Below, piece after piece: positions 63,277-64,000 of a DNA stretch of 64,000 nt (positions are counted from its first letter, which is position 1; each line of letters starts with the position of its first letter). Source of the stretch: Sphyrna mokarran. Its lineage: Eukaryota. The notes beneath the pieces were generated by a model, which was not told the origin of the DNA, ran no database searches, and worked only from the letters and a program-made list of their open reading frames with translations. Position numbers and translations under genes: made by a program. The stretch lies in contig JAGIQG010000011.1 of the NCBI GenBank assembly GCA_024679065.1, positions 73,594,001-73,658,000 of the forward strand, in the 5' to 3' direction.

Positions 63277-63618
63277 TAAAGTTTATTCATTAGTGTCACA
63301 AGTAGGCTTACGTTAACACTGCAATGAGATTACTGTGAAAATCCCTTAGTTGCCATGCTCCGGTACCTATTTGGGTACACTGAGGGAGAATTTAGCATGG
63401 CCAACATACCTAACCAGCACATCTTTTGGACTATGGGAGGAAACTAGAGCACCAGGAGGAAACCCATGCAGACACAGGGAGAATAGAACATGGACCATTA
63501 TAGCACAGTACAGGCCCTTTGGCCTTCGATGTGCAAACTCCACACTGTCAATCACCTGAGGTGGGAACCAAAACATGTTCCTGGTGCTGTGAGGCAGTAG
63601 TGCTAACCACTGTGCCAT
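63277..63618 (-). mobile_element. HE1 SINE (tail B) with a ~45 bp CR1 tail insert (63484-63528)
   Basis: aaagtttattcattagtgtcacaagtaggcttac; insert tagaacatggaccattatagcacagtacaggcccttt. Confidence 0.9.
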
Positions 63619-64000
63619 TGTATCGCTCTTGAAGAAACTTTCGTAAAATGCAGTCTTACATTTTGTTGAATTTTACGTAAACACTTGAAGAATATTTTCG
63701 CTGATTCAATCATGATTTTCACTGACTCATTTGATCCCAAATACCTTCAGTGTTTGGAAGTTGAAAGAGGTAAAAAAAAGACAGCTGTAGTCACGTCTTC
63801 TGTGTGTGGATAGATTGTCAAGGCTGCCTGATGATCACCACGGTTACCTGGCTATTGATACTCGAGCCTTCATTTTCAATTGGCAATTGTAAGCTTTAGG
63901 TTTATATTCTGGATGAAACTGCACATTTCTTAGCGCATGATATTAGATTGAAAAAAGAATAGACATTTGAAACTTTGAAGGACTAAAAGAGAAAGAGAAA

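Noticed and set aside
1-64000. Most ORFs in the supplied track as host genes
   Set aside because: They are short frames in SINEs (recurrent MAQWLALLPH peptides), antisense CR1 frames or chance ORFs; no coherent exon chain was found.
1-64000. CRISPR arrays, operons or other prokaryotic systems
   Set aside because: There is no regular repeat-spacer array and the DNA is plainly vertebrate repeat-rich sequence.

Overview
This is AT-rich, repeat-dense vertebrate DNA, inferred to be from a shark because it carries HE1-type tRNA-derived SINEs and HER1/CR1 LINEs. I found no host protein-coding gene, so it reads as a gene desert or a very large intron. The meaningful ORFs are transposon debris: CR1 reverse transcriptase, a Penelope GIY-YIG C-terminus, the PIF/Harbinger Myb/SANT accessory gene and Rex1/Babar RT. 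The window holds about 26 HE1-type SINEs with two different 3' tails, about 20 CR1 fragments, Harbinger relics and MITEs, possible solo LTRs, and several repeat-free TAAT-rich blocks that look like conserved non-coding elements. The most interesting system is a family of short Penelope-derived fold-back insertions whose arms carry minimal type-I hammerhead ribozymes, with apparent compensatory changes between subfamilies. One of them (6696-7442) has captured about 550 bp of local genomic DNA between its arms, with both junctions inside the ribozyme. Also notable are a ~1.4 kb genomic palindrome (21696-23094) that preserves both the filled and empty site of a Penelope insertion, and a tRNA-Asp retrocopy with a 5' fold-back. 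All calls were made by eye without database searches; most repeat boundaries are approximate (about +/-20 bp).
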